From: an uncultured Planctomycetia bacterium
GTDB taxonomy: Bacteria > Omnitrophota > Gorgyraeia > 2-02-FULL-51-18
Assembly: GCA_964642015.1 (NCBI GenBank)
Contig: CAZXLF010000003.1
Span: forward strand, 100,204-164,203
DNA length: 64,000 nucleotides
Direction of reading: 5' to 3'
The notes under the pieces are model-generated. The model made no database searches. It saw only the letters and a program-made list of their open reading frames with translations, and was not told the origin of the DNA. The position numbers were made by a program, and so were the translations under genes. Shown here one piece after another: positions 35,441-47,060 of the stretch; within the stretch, counting starts at the first letter, position 1, and every line of letters starts with the position of its first letter.

Positions 35441-36411
35441 AAGAGTCTGATATCTTGAACTTCTTGAGGCAAAAGAAAGAATACTACATTTCAGGAGAAG
35501 AGATATCTAAAAAATTGGGCGTCTCACGCTCGGCGATATGGAAAGAAATGCAGACGCTCCGTAAACTGGGCTATGAGATCGAAGCGCAGCCGCACCTCGG
35601 TTACCGTCTTGCAACGATCCCGGATAAAATGTTCGCCGATGAATTAAAAGCGGGACTTGGCACCCAATTCATAGGCGCTGAGATCCACTCTTACGATCAA
35701 CTCGACTCCACTAACGACGCGGCGTTTATTTTAGGAGAAAAGGGCGCACGCGAAGGTGTTTGCGTATTTGCGGAATATCAAAAAAGGGGACGGGGTAGAC
35801 TGGGTCGAAGCTGGGTTTCTCCTAAAGGAAAAAATCTCATTCTCTCTGTTCTGCTGCGGCCCATCATCTTACCGCAAGAAATATCAAAGCTGACACTGGC
35901 ATGTGCCGTTTCGCTGATCAAAACGATCAAAAAGACCACCCAAATGCAATTAGGGATCAAGTGGCCAAATGATATCTATTACAAAGACCTTAAAGTTGGT
36001 GGCATTCTGACTGAGATGAGCGCAGAGTCTGACCGGATCAATTTTATTGTTGTAGGAATAGGTCTTAATCTAAATACGGGCACTGATGAGCTTCCACCAA
36101 AAGCCACTTCGTTAAAAGCGATAACTCATAGAAAGATCAACAGGATCGAATTTGCGCAAGAGCTTCTGAGAATGCTCGAGTTCGATTACCTGCGCCTGAA
36201 AAATGGGCTATTCGAAGAACTTGGGAAAGATTGGGAGGAGTTTTCGATCACTTCGGGAAAACGTGTCGTCGCCACATTGCTGGGCCAAAAAATAGAAGGT
36301 CAAGCAACGGGCATTGATCAGAATGGTATTCTCTGGATAAGGCAAGATAATGGAATTCATCAAAGAATCGTCGCCGGCGATATAGAACATTTAATGACTA
36401 AAACAAAATAA
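35437..36411 (+). CDS. birA: Biotin-[acetyl-CoA-carboxylase] ligase with N-terminal HTH (bifunctional BirA)
   Basis: 324 aa, an N-terminal wHTH followed by [12 protein letters not shown] (GRGRxGR). Confidence 0.88.
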   Translation: MKESDILNFLRQKKEYYISGEEISKKLGVSRSAIWKEMQTLRKLGYEIEAQPHLGYRLATIPDKMFADELKAGLGTQFIGAEIHSYDQLDSTNDAAFILGEKGAREGVCVFAEYQKRGRGRLGRSWVSPKGKNLILSVLLRPIILPQEISKLTLACAVSLIKTIKKTTQMQLGIKWPNDIYYKDLKVGGILTEMSAESDRINFIVVGIGLNLNTGTDELPPKATSLKAITHRKINRIEFAQELLRMLEFDYLRLKNGLFEELGKDWEEFSITSGKRVVATLLGQKIEGQATGIDQNGILWIRQDNGIHQRIVAGDIEHLMTKTK

Positions 36412-37178
36412 TGAAAATTTTAGCGGTTGATATAGGCAACACCAGCACCTTGGCAGCAATAGTCGCGGACGGCCGCATAGGTAAAACCTATCGTTGCACC
36501 ACAAATGATTTATCTGATAACGCTATTAAAAAACTGGCAAAAAAAGTTTCTGTTAAAAACATAGAAGCCGCTGTCATCGCGAGCGTCGTCCCTTCGAGAG
36601 GATCTTTTTTTAAGGAAAGCTTAACCAAAACGTTCGGCGTCAAAACTTATCTGATTGGCAAAGATTTTTTGGCGCCCATCAAGAACCGATACGTAAACCC
36701 GAAGCAAGTCGGTATTGACCGGCTCATGAATGCCATTGCGGCGTTTGAACGTTATCACAGAGAGGTTATTGTTATTGATTTTGGAACAGCGATCACGTTC
36801 GATGTTGTATCAAAAAAAGGAGAATATCTGGGGGGCGTTATCGCTCCAGGTATCGAGATCAGTCTAGAGGCGCTTTACGAGCGCACAGCGCTTTTGCCAA
36901 AAATAAAATTAGCTCATCCAAAGAACATTATCGGCAAAGATACTGTCGAAAGCATCCGTGTTGGTTGTGCAGTGGGCATTGGCGGCTTATGCGACAGGGT
37001 AATTACAAGCATTAAATCCCGTTATCATATGAGACCTATTATTATTGCCACCGGGGGATATGCGGCTTTTATGAGGAAATACTGCAATTCCATTGATCTG
37101 ATAGATCCGAATTTGACGATCAAAGGAATTTATCTTAGTTATAAAAATATCTTGACAAAGAAAAGCCACCAAATATAA
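36411..37178 (+). CDS. coaX: Type III pantothenate kinase
   Basis: 255 aa, [13 protein letters not shown]...IDFGTAITFD. Confidence 0.9.
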   Translation: MKILAVDIGNTSTLAAIVADGRIGKTYRCTTNDLSDNAIKKLAKKVSVKNIEAAVIASVVPSRGSFFKESLTKTFGVKTYLIGKDFLAPIKNRYVNPKQVGIDRLMNAIAAFERYHREVIVIDFGTAITFDVVSKKGEYLGGVIAPGIEISLEALYERTALLPKIKLAHPKNIIGKDTVESIRVGCAVGIGGLCDRVITSIKSRYHMRPIIIATGGYAAFMRKYCNSIDLIDPNLTIKGIYLSYKNILTKKSHQI

Positions 37179-37179
37179 T
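37152..37179 (+). promoter_or_regulatory. Near-consensus sigma-70 promoter for groESL (TTGACA-16-TATAAT)
   Basis: TTGACA at 37152-37157 and TATAAT at 37174-37179, overlapping the 3' end of coaX. Confidence 0.7.
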
Positions 37180-37185
37180 GTGCTG

Positions 37186-37212
37186 TTAGCACTCATATTA
37201 AACGAGTGCTAA
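37186..37212 (+). promoter_or_regulatory. CIRCE operator (HrcA binding site)
   Basis: Perfect TTAGCACTC-N9-GAGTGCTAA inverted repeat between the promoter and the groES ribosome-binding site. Confidence 0.9.
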
Positions 37213-37273
37213 ATACCAAGTTTGATAGTCAAAAAAATCAAATTTTACAAAAATCAAACAGGAGGAATCACGA

Positions 37274-37570
37274 ATGGAAAAGCAAAATATTCAGCCTTTA
37301 GGGGACAGGGTCCTTGTGGAGCCCTTGGAAGCTGAGGAAAAAACCACCGGCGGAATTGTTATTCCCGATACCGCCAAGGAAAAACAGCAAAAGGGTAAAG
37401 TCATTGCTGTAGGCAAAGGTAAGATTTCTGATGACGGGAAAGTCACCCCGTTGGAAGTTAAAGTGAATGATCGGGTTTTGTTCGGCCGCTATACCGGTAC
37501 TGAAGTCAAGATCGGGACCTCCGATTATTTAATTATTAAAGAAGACGATATTCTAGCGATTCTTCGCTAA
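37274..37570 (+). CDS. groES: Co-chaperonin GroES
   Basis: 98 aa, [36 protein letters not shown] ribosome-binding site precedes it. Confidence 0.95.
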   Translation: MEKQNIQPLGDRVLVEPLEAEEKTTGGIVIPDTAKEKQQKGKVIAVGKGKISDDGKVTPLEVKVNDRVLFGRYTGTEVKIGTSDYLIIKEDDILAILR

Positions 37571-39238
<1,668 letters not shown>

Positions 39239-39263
39239 TAGCTGCTTAAAACGTCTTAAGAAA

Positions 39264-39296
39264 ACCCGGGCTTCCACAAAGAAGTCCGGGTTTTTT
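39264..39296 (+). terminator. Rho-independent terminator after groEL
   Basis: 10-bp stem CCCGGGCTTC/GAAGTCCGGG (one G-U pair) with loop CACAAA, followed by TTTTTTGTTG. Confidence 0.8.
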
Positions 39297-39365
39297 GTTG
39301 TCACAAATCCGCCTATTTGATAGAATTAGCCCCTTATTGAAGTCCTGCGATTTGACGGAGACACC

Positions 39366-39860
39366 ATGAAAACAGCAACTATAGCCCTACTCACTTTTGC
39401 TTTTCTTCCATCCATCGTCTTGGCTGCTCCGACCGAAAAACATTATCAAGGCTCAGGCGAAGTGACCAGCGTTGACCCGCTTTACAGCCGCATCACTATC
39501 AAGCACGGACCGATAAAAAATTTTGTAGGTGATGAAGAAACTGAATTTTTCGTCAGCTCGACCGATATCTTAAAAGGAATTGCCAAACGCGACCTTGTTG
39601 ATTTCAGTTTGGTCGATGTGAAAGGCGACGTTCGAGTCGAAAAGATCACTAAAACAGGTGAAGCGCCGATCAAAGAGGAAGGTTTGCCTCTGGGTCAAGC
39701 TGTGCAAGGAGCTCTAGTGGCCACCGGTGAGGCGGCAAAGACGGTTACTAGTCCGATCACTCCGGCACACGAAGTTGTCAGCGGAACTGTCGGCGCTACA
39801 ACCGGAGCGACGGATGAGGTTCTGCGTGACGCGAATCCGGATGTCAAAAAAAAGTTTTAG
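39366..39860 (+). CDS. Exported protein with CusF-like OB-fold domain (metal-binding Met/Trp ligands not conserved)
   Basis: 164 aa. Signal peptide MKTATIALLTFAFLPSIVLA, then GEVTSVDPLYSRITIKHGPIKNFV...GDVRVEKI, matching the CusF pattern G-V-ID----ITI-H-PI but with no Met/Trp ligands. Confidence 0.5.
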   Translation: MKTATIALLTFAFLPSIVLAAPTEKHYQGSGEVTSVDPLYSRITIKHGPIKNFVGDEETEFFVSSTDILKGIAKRDLVDFSLVDVKGDVRVEKITKTGEAPIKEEGLPLGQAVQGALVATGEAAKTVTSPITPAHEVVSGTVGATTGATDEVLRDANPDVKKKF

Positions 39861-39906
39861 ATCAACGGACTATTTATCCATCAAATATTTTTAAGGAGAT
39901 AGGTTT

Positions 39907-41067
39907 ATGGGAATGTGGTTAGGCCGGGGAAGAAAAGCGAGGCGGTGTTATGGGTTCGATGAAATAGCTTTGGTACCAGGTTCTATCACGATCAATCCCA
40001 ATGAAGTCGACACTTCATGGCAGATAGGAAATAAAAAGTTCAAGGTTCCCATCATCGCTTCGGCGATGGACGGTGTGGTGGATGTCAATTTTGCCATACG
40101 CATGTCTAAAATGGGAGGCATTGCGGCTCTGAATCTCGAAGGCGTGCAGACCCGCTACGAAAATCCAGAAGAAGTCTTGAGCAAAATATCAAATGTCAGC
40201 CTTGAAGAGTCCACCCATCTTTTACAAGGTATCTATAGACAGCCGATCAAGGAAAAATTGATCGCCAAACGGATCAAAGAAATAAAGAAAAAGGGTGGAG
40301 TTGCTTGTGTTTCCAGCATCCCGCAAAGAGCAGAAGCTTTTGGCAAGATCGCTCAAGATGCCGGATGCGATATTTTCATTGTTCAGTCCACGGTCACGAC
40401 CGTAAGACATATCTCGGCTGAATATAAAACGCTGGATTTCCATAAATTTTGCAAAAGCATGAAGATCCCCGTGATCATCGGCAACTGCGTGACTTATCAA
40501 ACGACGCTGGAACTCATGGAAACCGGGGTCAAGGCGCTTTTGATCGGTATTGGGCCAGGAGCGGCATGCACCACGCGTGGAGTTTTGGGCATCGGCGTTC
40601 CTCAGGTAACTGCGATTTGCGATGCAGCGGCAGCGCGTGATTTTTATTTCAAGAAAAATTCAGTTTACGTCCCGATCATCGCGGATGGCGGAATGACCAC
40701 TGGCGGCGATATCTGCAAGGCGTTTGCTTGCGGAGCAGACGCTGTAATGGTCGGTTCTGCGTTCGCCAGAGCCAAAGAAGCTCCCGGAAAAGGTTTCCAC
40801 TGGGGCATGGCTACACCTCACGCAAATCTGCCCCGCGGCACAAGAATAAGAGTGGGTACCACCGGAAGTTTGGAGGAGATCCTTTTTGGACCTGCTAATC
40901 TGGACGACGGCACTCAGAATCTTGTCGGCGCACTTCAAACCTGCATGGGCAATGTCGGAGCGCAGAACATACACGAGCTCCAACTCACCGAGCTTATCAT
41001 CGCGCCATCCATCAAGACTGAAGGAAAAGTTTTTCAGCAGGCCCAACGCGTCGGCATGGGAAAATAG
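39907..41067 (+). CDS. IMP dehydrogenase/GMP reductase family protein without CBS subdomain (GuaB3-like)
   Basis: 386 aa TIM barrel, ...IGIGPGAACTTRGVLGIGVPQ...ADGGM. There is no CBS pair insertion. Confidence 0.75.
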   Translation: MGMWLGRGRKARRCYGFDEIALVPGSITINPNEVDTSWQIGNKKFKVPIIASAMDGVVDVNFAIRMSKMGGIAALNLEGVQTRYENPEEVLSKISNVSLEESTHLLQGIYRQPIKEKLIAKRIKEIKKKGGVACVSSIPQRAEAFGKIAQDAGCDIFIVQSTVTTVRHISAEYKTLDFHKFCKSMKIPVIIGNCVTYQTTLELMETGVKALLIGIGPGAACTTRGVLGIGVPQVTAICDAAAARDFYFKKNSVYVPIIADGGMTTGGDICKAFACGADAVMVGSAFARAKEAPGKGFHWGMATPHANLPRGTRIRVGTTGSLEEILFGPANLDDGTQNLVGALQTCMGNVGAQNIHELQLTELIIAPSIKTEGKVFQQAQRVGMGK

Positions 41068-41068
41068 T

Positions 41069-41701
41069 TTGACCAAGAAGCTTTCTGTACAGCGCGATTT
41101 TTTCAAGTCATCAATTACCGATTTTCTGAATAAACTGGGTTCGGCATCTCCGTATCCCGGTGGAGGATCCGCAGCCGCTTTGATCGCCGCGACTGGCGTT
41201 TCGTTGATCGAAATGGTCACAAGGATCAATGAGCAACGGGACATGAAAAGATCGAATCGGAAATCTCCTTCCACACCTTCAAAGAACCGTGTGCTTAAAT
41301 TGGTCAATCTACGCGCGAACTTCGGAAAATTGATGATGCGCGACATTGCAGCGTTTTCAAAGCTTTCAAGTTTTCCAAAAGAAAAAAGACAAGCACCTGC
41401 TTATGAAAAAGCGCTTCAAGGGGCTGCCACAATTCCTTTGATCATGGCCCGATTAATTGCTGAAGCAATGGCGTTGGGAGAGATTGAGGTTAGGCGCACT
41501 AGCCGCTGGCTGGCTAGTGATCTGGCCGAAGCGGCAATATTACTTGAAGCGGCATTTGGTTCCGCTCGGCTAAATGTTGAAATAAATCTAGTTTCGTTGA
41601 GACCTGGTAAATTCCGCAATCAATGCGAAGGAGAACTTGACTGGATCGAAAAAAGTGTTTTACGCTCCAAAAAAGCTCTTTTAAAGGTAATGCCCGTATG
41701 A
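41069..41701 (+). CDS. Methenyltetrahydrofolate cyclohydrolase / formiminotetrahydrofolate cyclodeaminase domain protein (FchA-like)
   Basis: The FTCD_C signature SPYPGGGSAAALIAATGVSLIEMV sits directly upstream of folD. The start is uncertain: no in-frame ATG between the upstream stop and the domain, so a TTG at 41069 is assumed. Confidence 0.6.
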   Translation: MTKKLSVQRDFFKSSITDFLNKLGSASPYPGGGSAAALIAATGVSLIEMVTRINEQRDMKRSNRKSPSTPSKNRVLKLVNLRANFGKLMMRDIAAFSKLSSFPKEKRQAPAYEKALQGAATIPLIMARLIAEAMALGEIEVRRTSRWLASDLAEAAILLEAAFGSARLNVEINLVSLRPGKFRNQCEGELDWIEKSVLRSKKALLKVMPV

Positions 41702-42549
41702 TTAAAACAGGTAATATATTGAACGGCAAGGAAATTGCCGCTAAACATTTGGAAATGATCTCCAAAGAGCTCTCTGAAATACAAAAATCGGGAGCTGTTT
41801 TGACTTTGGCGACCGTGCAGGTAGGCGATGAGCATGACACAGAACTTTATGCCAAATCTATCGCTAACCTTATGCAAAAACTGGGAATCCGGCATACACA
41901 CTTACGCTTTCCAAAAACGATACAGGAAAACTTGCTTCGCCAGGAGCTGGCAAAGCTGGGAAAAGATCCGCAAATCACCGGCGTTCTGATCTTTGCACCG
42001 CTGCCGAGCCAATTTGCATTAGGTAGTCTCTTAAGAACTGTGGGCGGTCTAAAAGATGTTGAGGGCAGACTAGCGCCTCTTTCGTCACGTTCAAAGATTA
42101 TGCCTCCAACTGCGATGGCGGCCGTTGCTTTATTTGACGAAACAGGCGTGCAGGCTGAAAGCAAAGAGACTTTGATCATTGGCCGCAGTGATGTTGTAGG
42201 AAAACCGGCTGCGATGATGATGATGGATAAGAATGCAACTGTAACCATCGCCCATTCAAAAACAAATGATCTGAAAGGCCATGTTCAGCGCGCTGATATC
42301 GTAATCGTTTCCGTCGGCAAACCTGAGATCGTGAAAGGTGATTGGATCAAACCCGGAGCTGTTGTAATAGACGTCGGGGAAAATGTTGTGAATGGGAAAC
42401 TAGTTGGTGATGTGGAATTTGAGAAAGCAAAAGATAAGGCAGCGTTCATTAGTCCCGTTCCAGGCGGTGTGGGACCGGTAACCAATGTGATGCTCGTTAG
42501 AAATTTAATTTCACTTTATGAGCTTCAAAAATTGCATGGAAATCATTGA
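41698..42549 (+). CDS. folD: Bifunctional 5,10-methylene-THF dehydrogenase / 5,10-methenyl-THF cyclohydrolase
   Basis: 283 aa, ILNGKEIAAK...GRSDVVGKPAAMMM...PVPGGVGPVT. Confidence 0.92.
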   Translation: MIKTGNILNGKEIAAKHLEMISKELSEIQKSGAVLTLATVQVGDEHDTELYAKSIANLMQKLGIRHTHLRFPKTIQENLLRQELAKLGKDPQITGVLIFAPLPSQFALGSLLRTVGGLKDVEGRLAPLSSRSKIMPPTAMAAVALFDETGVQAESKETLIIGRSDVVGKPAAMMMMDKNATVTIAHSKTNDLKGHVQRADIVIVSVGKPEIVKGDWIKPGAVVIDVGENVVNGKLVGDVEFEKAKDKAAFISPVPGGVGPVTNVMLVRNLISLYELQKLHGNH

Positions 42550-43405
42550 TATTTTAAAAAAGAAAAATTTTCTTGTCACCGCCGAGCTCGGGCCACCCAA
42601 AGGCACGAATATGGAACCTTTCTTTAAACAAGCAGCCTATCTCAAAGGCAAAGTAGACGCTGCTAATGTAACAGACCAGCAGGCAGGATTAATGAAATTG
42701 GGCTCGTTGGCAAGCTGTCATTTATTAAAAGATTTTGGGATCGAGCCGATCATGCAGATGACCTGCCGGGATAAGAACCGCATCGCGCTCCAATCCGAGC
42801 TTTTGTCTGCCGCTGTTTTAGGCATCCATAATGTGCTAGTCCTCACAGGCGATCCTATTTCAATCGGCGACCATCCTGAGGCGAAAGCGGTTTTTGATGT
42901 AGACGCAGCCCAACTTATGTCTGTTATCAAAAAACTTGAAAACGGCATTGATATGACCGATCACAAGCTTGATGGGACGCCTCAATTTTCGATAGGTGCA
43001 GCGCTGAACCCCTGCGTTGACGATCTGGATACGGAGATCTCCAAAACAAGAAAAAAGATCGAGAACGGTGCCGAGTTTTTCCAAACACAGGGGGTTTTTG
43101 ATGCCGAGCGGTTCAAAAAATTCATGGATCGTTATCGGCGTGAAGGATTTCGCGTCCCGATCCTGGCGGGGATTATTCTGATCAAATCCGTTAAAATGGC
43201 CAATTTTATGAATGAAAAGATCCCCGGGATTTTTATCCCAAAAAATATGATCGCACGCTTTGAGAATGCAAAAGACCCCAAAGCGGAAAGTATTGCCGTT
43301 GCTGTTGAAACCATCAAAAACATTAGACCTCACGTCCAAGGTGTCCATCTCATGGCGATCGGCTGGGAAGAATTGATCCCAGAGATCGCATCTAAAATCT
43401 CGTAA
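42536..43405 (+). CDS. metF: 5,10-methylenetetrahydrofolate reductase
   Basis: MEIIDILKKKNFLVTAELGPPKG...TCRDKNR, the MetF fold. It overlaps the folD 3' end. The ORF also allows a start at 42518. Confidence 0.85.
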   Translation: MEIIDILKKKNFLVTAELGPPKGTNMEPFFKQAAYLKGKVDAANVTDQQAGLMKLGSLASCHLLKDFGIEPIMQMTCRDKNRIALQSELLSAAVLGIHNVLVLTGDPISIGDHPEAKAVFDVDAAQLMSVIKKLENGIDMTDHKLDGTPQFSIGAALNPCVDDLDTEISKTRKKIENGAEFFQTQGVFDAERFKKFMDRYRREGFRVPILAGIILIKSVKMANFMNEKIPGIFIPKNMIARFENAKDPKAESIAVAVETIKNIRPHVQGVHLMAIGWEELIPEIASKIS

Positions 43406-43451
43406 TTTATCCCTATTTTGCGCTATAATATAAGGTTACAAAAGGACTTAT

Positions 43452-44279
43452 ATGGGTCTTCGCGAACAGTTTTTTAAAGCCAAAAAACACAAAAAAAAGT
43501 GGACAATGCTCACAGCGTATGATGCTCCGACCGCGGAGCTTCTGGAAAACGCCGGCATTGACCTTATCTTAGTCGGAGATTCTTTGGGAATGGTGCTTTT
43601 GGGTTATTCGTCTACCCAGCAAGTGACCATGGATGAGATGATCCACCATGCCAAAGCAGTCAGGCGTGGAGCAAAAAATTCTATAGTTATAGGCGATCTG
43701 CCTCTTAAAGGGGTCGAGAACGGGCCGAGGCACGCATTGGAATCTGCACGTCGGTTTATTGAAGAAGCGGGATTGGATGCGGTAAAACTTGAATGGGGGA
43801 AAGATGCTATTCGCGCCACAGAGCTTCTGAGGAAAAACAACATACCAATAATGGGTCACGTAGGATTGACCCCGCAAACTAAAACAGGTTTTTTGGTCCA
43901 GGGCCGGCAGGCGAAAAGCGCTTTAGATATTTTCAAAGCGGCCGAGGCATTTGAGGCAAATGGTGCATTTTCCGTTCTTCTAGAATGCATCCCAAGCTCT
44001 ATTGCCCAGGCGATCACAAAAAAATTAAGCATTCCTACGATCGGTATAGGCGCAGGGCCTTATTGTGACGGCCAAGTGCTCGTATTCCATGACTTGGTGG
44101 GGATCTTCAAAAAATTCAAGCCAAGGTTCGTCAAGCGTTATGCAGACCTGGACAATTCCATGCGCCGCGCGGTGAATATGTATAAAAAAGAAGTCAACGA
44201 CGGAAAATTTCCTAAAAAAGAGCACAGCTTTTTGATCAAGAAAAGTGAACTTGAGACATTCTTGGAAAATGTAAAATGA
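43452..44279 (+). CDS. panB: 3-methyl-2-oxobutanoate hydroxymethyltransferase
   Basis: 275 aa, MLTAYDAPTAELLENAGIDLILVGDSLGMV. Confidence 0.92.
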   Translation: MGLREQFFKAKKHKKKWTMLTAYDAPTAELLENAGIDLILVGDSLGMVLLGYSSTQQVTMDEMIHHAKAVRRGAKNSIVIGDLPLKGVENGPRHALESARRFIEEAGLDAVKLEWGKDAIRATELLRKNNIPIMGHVGLTPQTKTGFLVQGRQAKSALDIFKAAEAFEANGAFSVLLECIPSSIAQAITKKLSIPTIGIGAGPYCDGQVLVFHDLVGIFKKFKPRFVKRYADLDNSMRRAVNMYKKEVNDGKFPKKEHSFLIKKSELETFLENVK

Positions 44280-45094
44280 GCTCCCATATTTTCTTATTCA
44301 TTTTCTCAGGCTATTTCATCAGTTTTATTCTATATTTCATGAACTTCGAATCTCACAAAGAATCTTTGTACGCGTGGGCAAAACGCGTGACGCTGGTTAG
44401 TCTTATGGCGCATTTTGCTTTTATCGCGTCAGCCATCCTGAGAAATCCTTCGTTTGTTGTGGCCAATTTATCGCAGTACATTGAAATGGTGTCCTTCTTC
44501 ATTCTGCTCGTTTCATTCATTGTGGAATCCAGGAACAAAGCCAGATCCCTCATGCTTTTCTCATTGCCAATCGTGCTTGTATTCTGCCTATTCGCGATCA
44601 TGCTGAATGAACGCAAGGAAATCTCAAGCGTTGCCCAGTCTTCGCCATGGCTTTGGGTGCATATAAGCCTTATTTTAGCCGGCTTTTCAGGTCTGATCAT
44701 CGCCGTTTCAAGCGCTTTGATGTACCTTTTACAGTCCTCTCAGCTTAAATCAAAACACCTTGGAAAGATCTTTTTCAAACTCCCTTCACTAAACACTTTG
44801 GACCGTTTGCATTTCATCTTTCTGGCGTGGGGCGTGATCTTGTTTTCACTCGGTATACTGATGGGATTCTTATGGGCCAAGAATGCGAATCAAGTAAGAC
44901 AGATTCTAAAAGATCCGACGGTGATCCTGTCTTTTCTAACGAGTTTCATGTATTGGGTCATTTTGAGTTTCAGATTAAGCGCTTTGCGCCGCGGACAAAA
45001 GATCGCAATAGGAACTTTGCTTGTGTTCGTACTGCTTTTCTTGACATTGCTGACATCTAACATCGCTCCCACCGGCTTTCATCGAGGCTTTTAA
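44276..45094 (+). CDS. Cytochrome c assembly (CcsA/ResC/HemX-like) family membrane protein
   Basis: 272 aa with 8 predicted TM helices. It overlaps panB by ATGA and sits immediately upstream of hemA, a conserved arrangement. Confidence 0.6.
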   Translation: MSSHIFLFIFSGYFISFILYFMNFESHKESLYAWAKRVTLVSLMAHFAFIASAILRNPSFVVANLSQYIEMVSFFILLVSFIVESRNKARSLMLFSLPIVLVFCLFAIMLNERKEISSVAQSSPWLWVHISLILAGFSGLIIAVSSALMYLLQSSQLKSKHLGKIFFKLPSLNTLDRLHFIFLAWGVILFSLGILMGFLWAKNANQVRQILKDPTVILSFLTSFMYWVILSFRLSALRRGQKIAIGTLLVFVLLFLTLLTSNIAPTGFHRGF

Positions 45095-46134
45095 TGGAAA
45101 TCCTGGTACTTGGTCTCAATCATAAAACAGCGCCCATCGAGCTTCGCGAACGTTTAAGCATTCCCAAGTCCAAGACGTCGCATCTCATGAAAACTCTCAA
45201 AGAAAGGAATATTTTCGAAGAGAGACTTCTTCTGTCAACCTGCAATCGTACGGAAATATATGGCGTCAGCACAGATATCGAGAGCTCGGTGCGAATGACA
45301 AAAGATTTTTTGAGTGAATATTCAAGTCTTAATCTCGCAGATTTTGAGAATAATCTATATGTTCTCAAACAGCCTGATTCTGTTAAGCATTTATTTTCTG
45401 TTGCTTCAGGCCTTGATTCAATGGTACTCGGTGAAACCGAGATTATTGGTCAAGTCAAAGATGCTTATTTGACAGCTCACAAAGACCGGCAGACCGGAAA
45501 AGTGTTGAATAATCTATTTCAACGCTCGTTAAAAGTGGCAAAAAACCTCCGTACAAACACCGACATCGGCGCGGGCAGGGTCAGCATTGCCTCCGTTGCC
45601 GTGGATCTGGCCGAAAAAATATTCGATGATCTTAAAAATATCCGCGTCATGGTAATCGGGACCGGTGATGTATCGACGCAGGTTTCAAAGGCCATGATCT
45701 CGAAAGGGGCTTTTCCGATGATCGTTTCAAGCTGCCACCATGAGCGCGCTGAAGCCATGGCTAAAGAGCTGGGAGGGGAGGCCGTTGTTTATGAAAATTT
45801 TGATGCCAGAGCCGCTGAATCCGATATTTTGATAGCATCTACGCTGGCTCCGCATGCGCTGATCACTCAAAAACAGGTAAAAAACTGGATGCGCATGCGC
45901 CACGAAAAACCTCTTTTTCTTATCGACATCGCCGTCCCCAGAAATATAGAAGCAACCGTAGAAAATATCGACAATGTCTATTTATACAACATTGATGATT
46001 TGAAGGATATTGCCGACAAAAATATGAACGACCGCCAGGGCCAGCTTGATCAATGCTTCAATATCATTCAAGGCCAAACCCATCACTTCATGAATTGGCT
46101 TTTCAAAGAATTTGGCCGCCAAGTCTTGTCATGA
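45094..46134 (+). CDS. hemA: Glutamyl-tRNA reductase
   Basis: 346 aa, LSTCNRTEIY...GETEIIGQVK. Confidence 0.9.
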   Translation: MEILVLGLNHKTAPIELRERLSIPKSKTSHLMKTLKERNIFEERLLLSTCNRTEIYGVSTDIESSVRMTKDFLSEYSSLNLADFENNLYVLKQPDSVKHLFSVASGLDSMVLGETEIIGQVKDAYLTAHKDRQTGKVLNNLFQRSLKVAKNLRTNTDIGAGRVSIASVAVDLAEKIFDDLKNIRVMVIGTGDVSTQVSKAMISKGAFPMIVSSCHHERAEAMAKELGGEAVVYENFDARAAESDILIASTLAPHALITQKQVKNWMRMRHEKPLFLIDIAVPRNIEATVENIDNVYLYNIDDLKDIADKNMNDRQGQLDQCFNIIQGQTHHFMNWLFKEFGRQVLS

Positions 46135-47060
46135 ACAGGATTTTCCGTATCGGCACTCGCGGCAGCCGGCTTGCTCTCGCGCAAGCCAAAGAAATTTCTA
46201 GACTTCTAAAAAAGAAATTCCCGAAACATAGATTTCGTTTAGTTATTGTCAAAACTGCCGGAGATGAATTTCAAACCGTTGAATTGTTCAAAAAGAACAA
46301 TACGGGTGTTTTCACAAATGCAATAGAACAAAAACTTCTTAACAACGAAATCGATATTGCCGTTCATAGCTTAAAGGATCTTCCAACGGAAATCCCCGAA
46401 AAACTTTTATTAGCAGCTTATCCAAAAAGATTGGACACATCGGATGTGCTGATATCGAGAAAACGTTATTCACTATCAACGCTGCCAAAAGGCGCTTTAG
46501 TCGGCACCGGAAGTCCCAGAAGAAAAAGACAGCTTAATCTTTTAAGGCCTGATCTTAAGGTCACGGATCTCCGAGGCAATTTAGACACAAGGATCAAAAA
46601 AGTAATCCGCGAAAAAAAATATGACGCGGTCGTTGTGGCTTGTGCCGGACTCCTTCGCTTGAAAAAATATTTAAAATATTCTCGCGTCATTTCAAACAAA
46701 AAACTGTTGCCGGCCGTTGGACAGGCAGCTTTGGGACTTGAAATCAGGAAAAATGACAGCGAAACCTGCAAATTAGTGAGCAAACTGAATCACAAGCCAA
46801 CGGAACAGAGAGTGGTCCTTGAAAGAGTTTTTTTGTCCGCGCTCGGCGGCGGTTGTCGGGTCCCGGTGGGAGTTTCTAGCTGGTTTAGCCAAAATAAGAT
46901 CCATCTCAAAGCAACGGTATTTTCAACCACTTCATCTTCATCGCTAAGCGGCGATATCTCAAGCTCTTTGAATAATTCGCGGCAGGCGGGAAGGAGTTTG
47001 GCTAAGAAATTACTTAAAATGGGTGCCAAAAAATTTCTCAAGGAAGCCAGAAATGCATGA
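46131..47060 (+). CDS. hemC: Porphobilinogen deaminase (hydroxymethylbilane synthase)
   Basis: MNRIFRIGTRGSRLALAQ... with the ATG overlapping the hemA stop. The tabulated ORF extends upstream in frame. Confidence 0.9.
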   Translation: MNRIFRIGTRGSRLALAQAKEISRLLKKKFPKHRFRLVIVKTAGDEFQTVELFKKNNTGVFTNAIEQKLLNNEIDIAVHSLKDLPTEIPEKLLLAAYPKRLDTSDVLISRKRYSLSTLPKGALVGTGSPRRKRQLNLLRPDLKVTDLRGNLDTRIKKVIREKKYDAVVVACAGLLRLKKYLKYSRVISNKKLLPAVGQAALGLEIRKNDSETCKLVSKLNHKPTEQRVVLERVFLSALGGGCRVPVGVSSWFSQNKIHLKATVFSTTSSSSLSGDISSSLNNSRQAGRSLAKKLLKMGAKKFLKEARNA

